Notes under the pieces: model-generated | Told to the model about the DNA's origin: nothing | Database searches by the model: none | Seen by the model: only the letters and a program-made list of their open reading frames with translations | Program-made: the position numbers and the translations under genes | In this document: in pieces, positions 36,930 through 38,089 of the stretch | How the letters are laid out: each line of letters opens with the position of its first letter | Numbering within the stretch: position 1 is the first letter of the stretch | Source of the DNA: Octopus bimaculoides | Lineage: Eukaryota | Direction: 5' to 3' | Length of the DNA: 38,089 nucleotides | Assembly: GCF_001194135.2 (NCBI RefSeq) | Contig: NC_068981.1 | Coordinates: 15,698,327-15,736,415, forward strand

Positions 36930-37331
36930 TTCCTCTTTTATCTTACTTGTTTAACTCATTAGTCGGCGACCACCCTAGGGGGGACCGCCGAGAGGAATTT
37001 TTAGTCGCAAAAATCGACCACAGCACTTATTTTATTTTAAGCCAGGTACCTATTCTCACGGTCTCTCTTTCATGAACTGCTCAGTTATGGGTATGTAAAT
37101 ACACCAACATCATTTGTCAAGCAGTGGCGGAGAATAATCACAAGTACAAAGACACACACAACACAGAGGTACAAACACATACATACGAAGGGATTCTTTC
37201 AGTTTCCGTCTACCGAATCCAATAACAAAGCTTTGCTGGGCCCGAGAAAATTAAAAGCCACTTGCCCAAGTTAAAACTGGGACTATAAACTTGGGAAGCA
37301 AATTTATCACCTCACAAGCATTCCTGCACCC
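36930..37331 (-). mobile_element. Near full-length SINE family A
   Basis: The reverse complement contains head GGTGCAGGAATGCTTGTG...TTGCTTCCCAAG, core TTGGGCAAGTGG...GGATTCGGTAGACGGAAACTGAAAGAATCCC, and tail GCTTGACAAATGATGTTGGTGTATTTAC...AATAAGTGCTGTGGTCGATTT. Confidence 0.85.
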
Positions 37332-37919
37332 ATGCCGATGTATATTTCATTGTGTCAAATTCTATATATCCCTACTTATATAAACAGAATTATGCATATA
37401 TACTTGTATGTATATATTATGAAATTGATACTTTTATAGATACGACTCAAGAAATATCTACGCAAATACTAATATATATATAAATATAAACGTATAAAAT
37501 ACCAAATATACAATACTTGTAGAAATGACTGTGTTCGACGAATAACCTGCAGATATATGTAAACGAAAACATACAAGTTAAGATGAGAGATACCAAAATC
37601 GAGTCCTATTAAATGAAAGCAAGAAGCCTCAGTAATTTGAAATAATTTCTATGAATACAGGATTAAAATTCATTACATGTATGGAACTCGACAAATAATT
37701 ATCAAGTTGTGCTACTGTCAGCGATGTTTATAGTGAATATTTAACATTTTCACCTCCCAAACGTAAAATATTTGGCACCGTTTCAAACATGAAGCATAAA
37801 ATATAAGCATCGTAGCAATAACTTCTCTCTTTGTTATTTGATGGATATTAATTTACGATAGGATGACTCGGGGAAAGTCAGTACTAATAATGATATTATT
37901 CAAAAATATATGCCTGAGT

Positions 37920-38042
37920 GTGTGTCTGTGTATGTATGTATATAAATATATATATATATACAGATATATATAAACATGTACATATGTGTGTGTATATATG
38001 CATGTATATATATATATATATATATATATATGCATTTATGTA

Positions 38043-38089
<47 letters not shown>
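37920..38089. repeat. (TA)/(TG) microsatellite tract at the window end
   Basis: Directly visible. Confidence 0.95.

Overview
This is eukaryotic, very AT-rich genomic DNA. It is packed with microsatellites (TA, TG/CA, TATC, TACA), and about a dozen N-gaps almost all sit at microsatellites. The two abundant tRNA-derived SINE families resemble the high-copy SINEs of Octopus, so a cephalopod scaffold is inferred but not proven. There is no operon, CRISPR array, rRNA gene or intact long ORF, and nearly all ORFs in the supplied track are microsatellite or N-gap artefacts. The window reads as intronic or intergenic transposon debris: two clear CR1-like LINE fragments, several RTE-like fragments, a degenerate Penelope-like element, a small non-autonomous Helitron with both termini, a Tc1/mariner-type MITE and many SINE copies. 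A few candidate spliced exons belong to an unidentified gene; the best is 19789-19896 (+), which joins in frame with 13363-13420 (+). The items most worth checking are a degenerate minimal hammerhead-ribozyme fold (7622-7661), a 124-bp spacerless palindrome whose only two mismatches are A·C on the + strand, a possible endonuclease-before-RT order in the Penelope-like remnant, and a Helitron carrying a hairpin and TTAGGG repeats. I cannot claim a new biological system from this sequence. All alignments were made by eye and need database confirmation.
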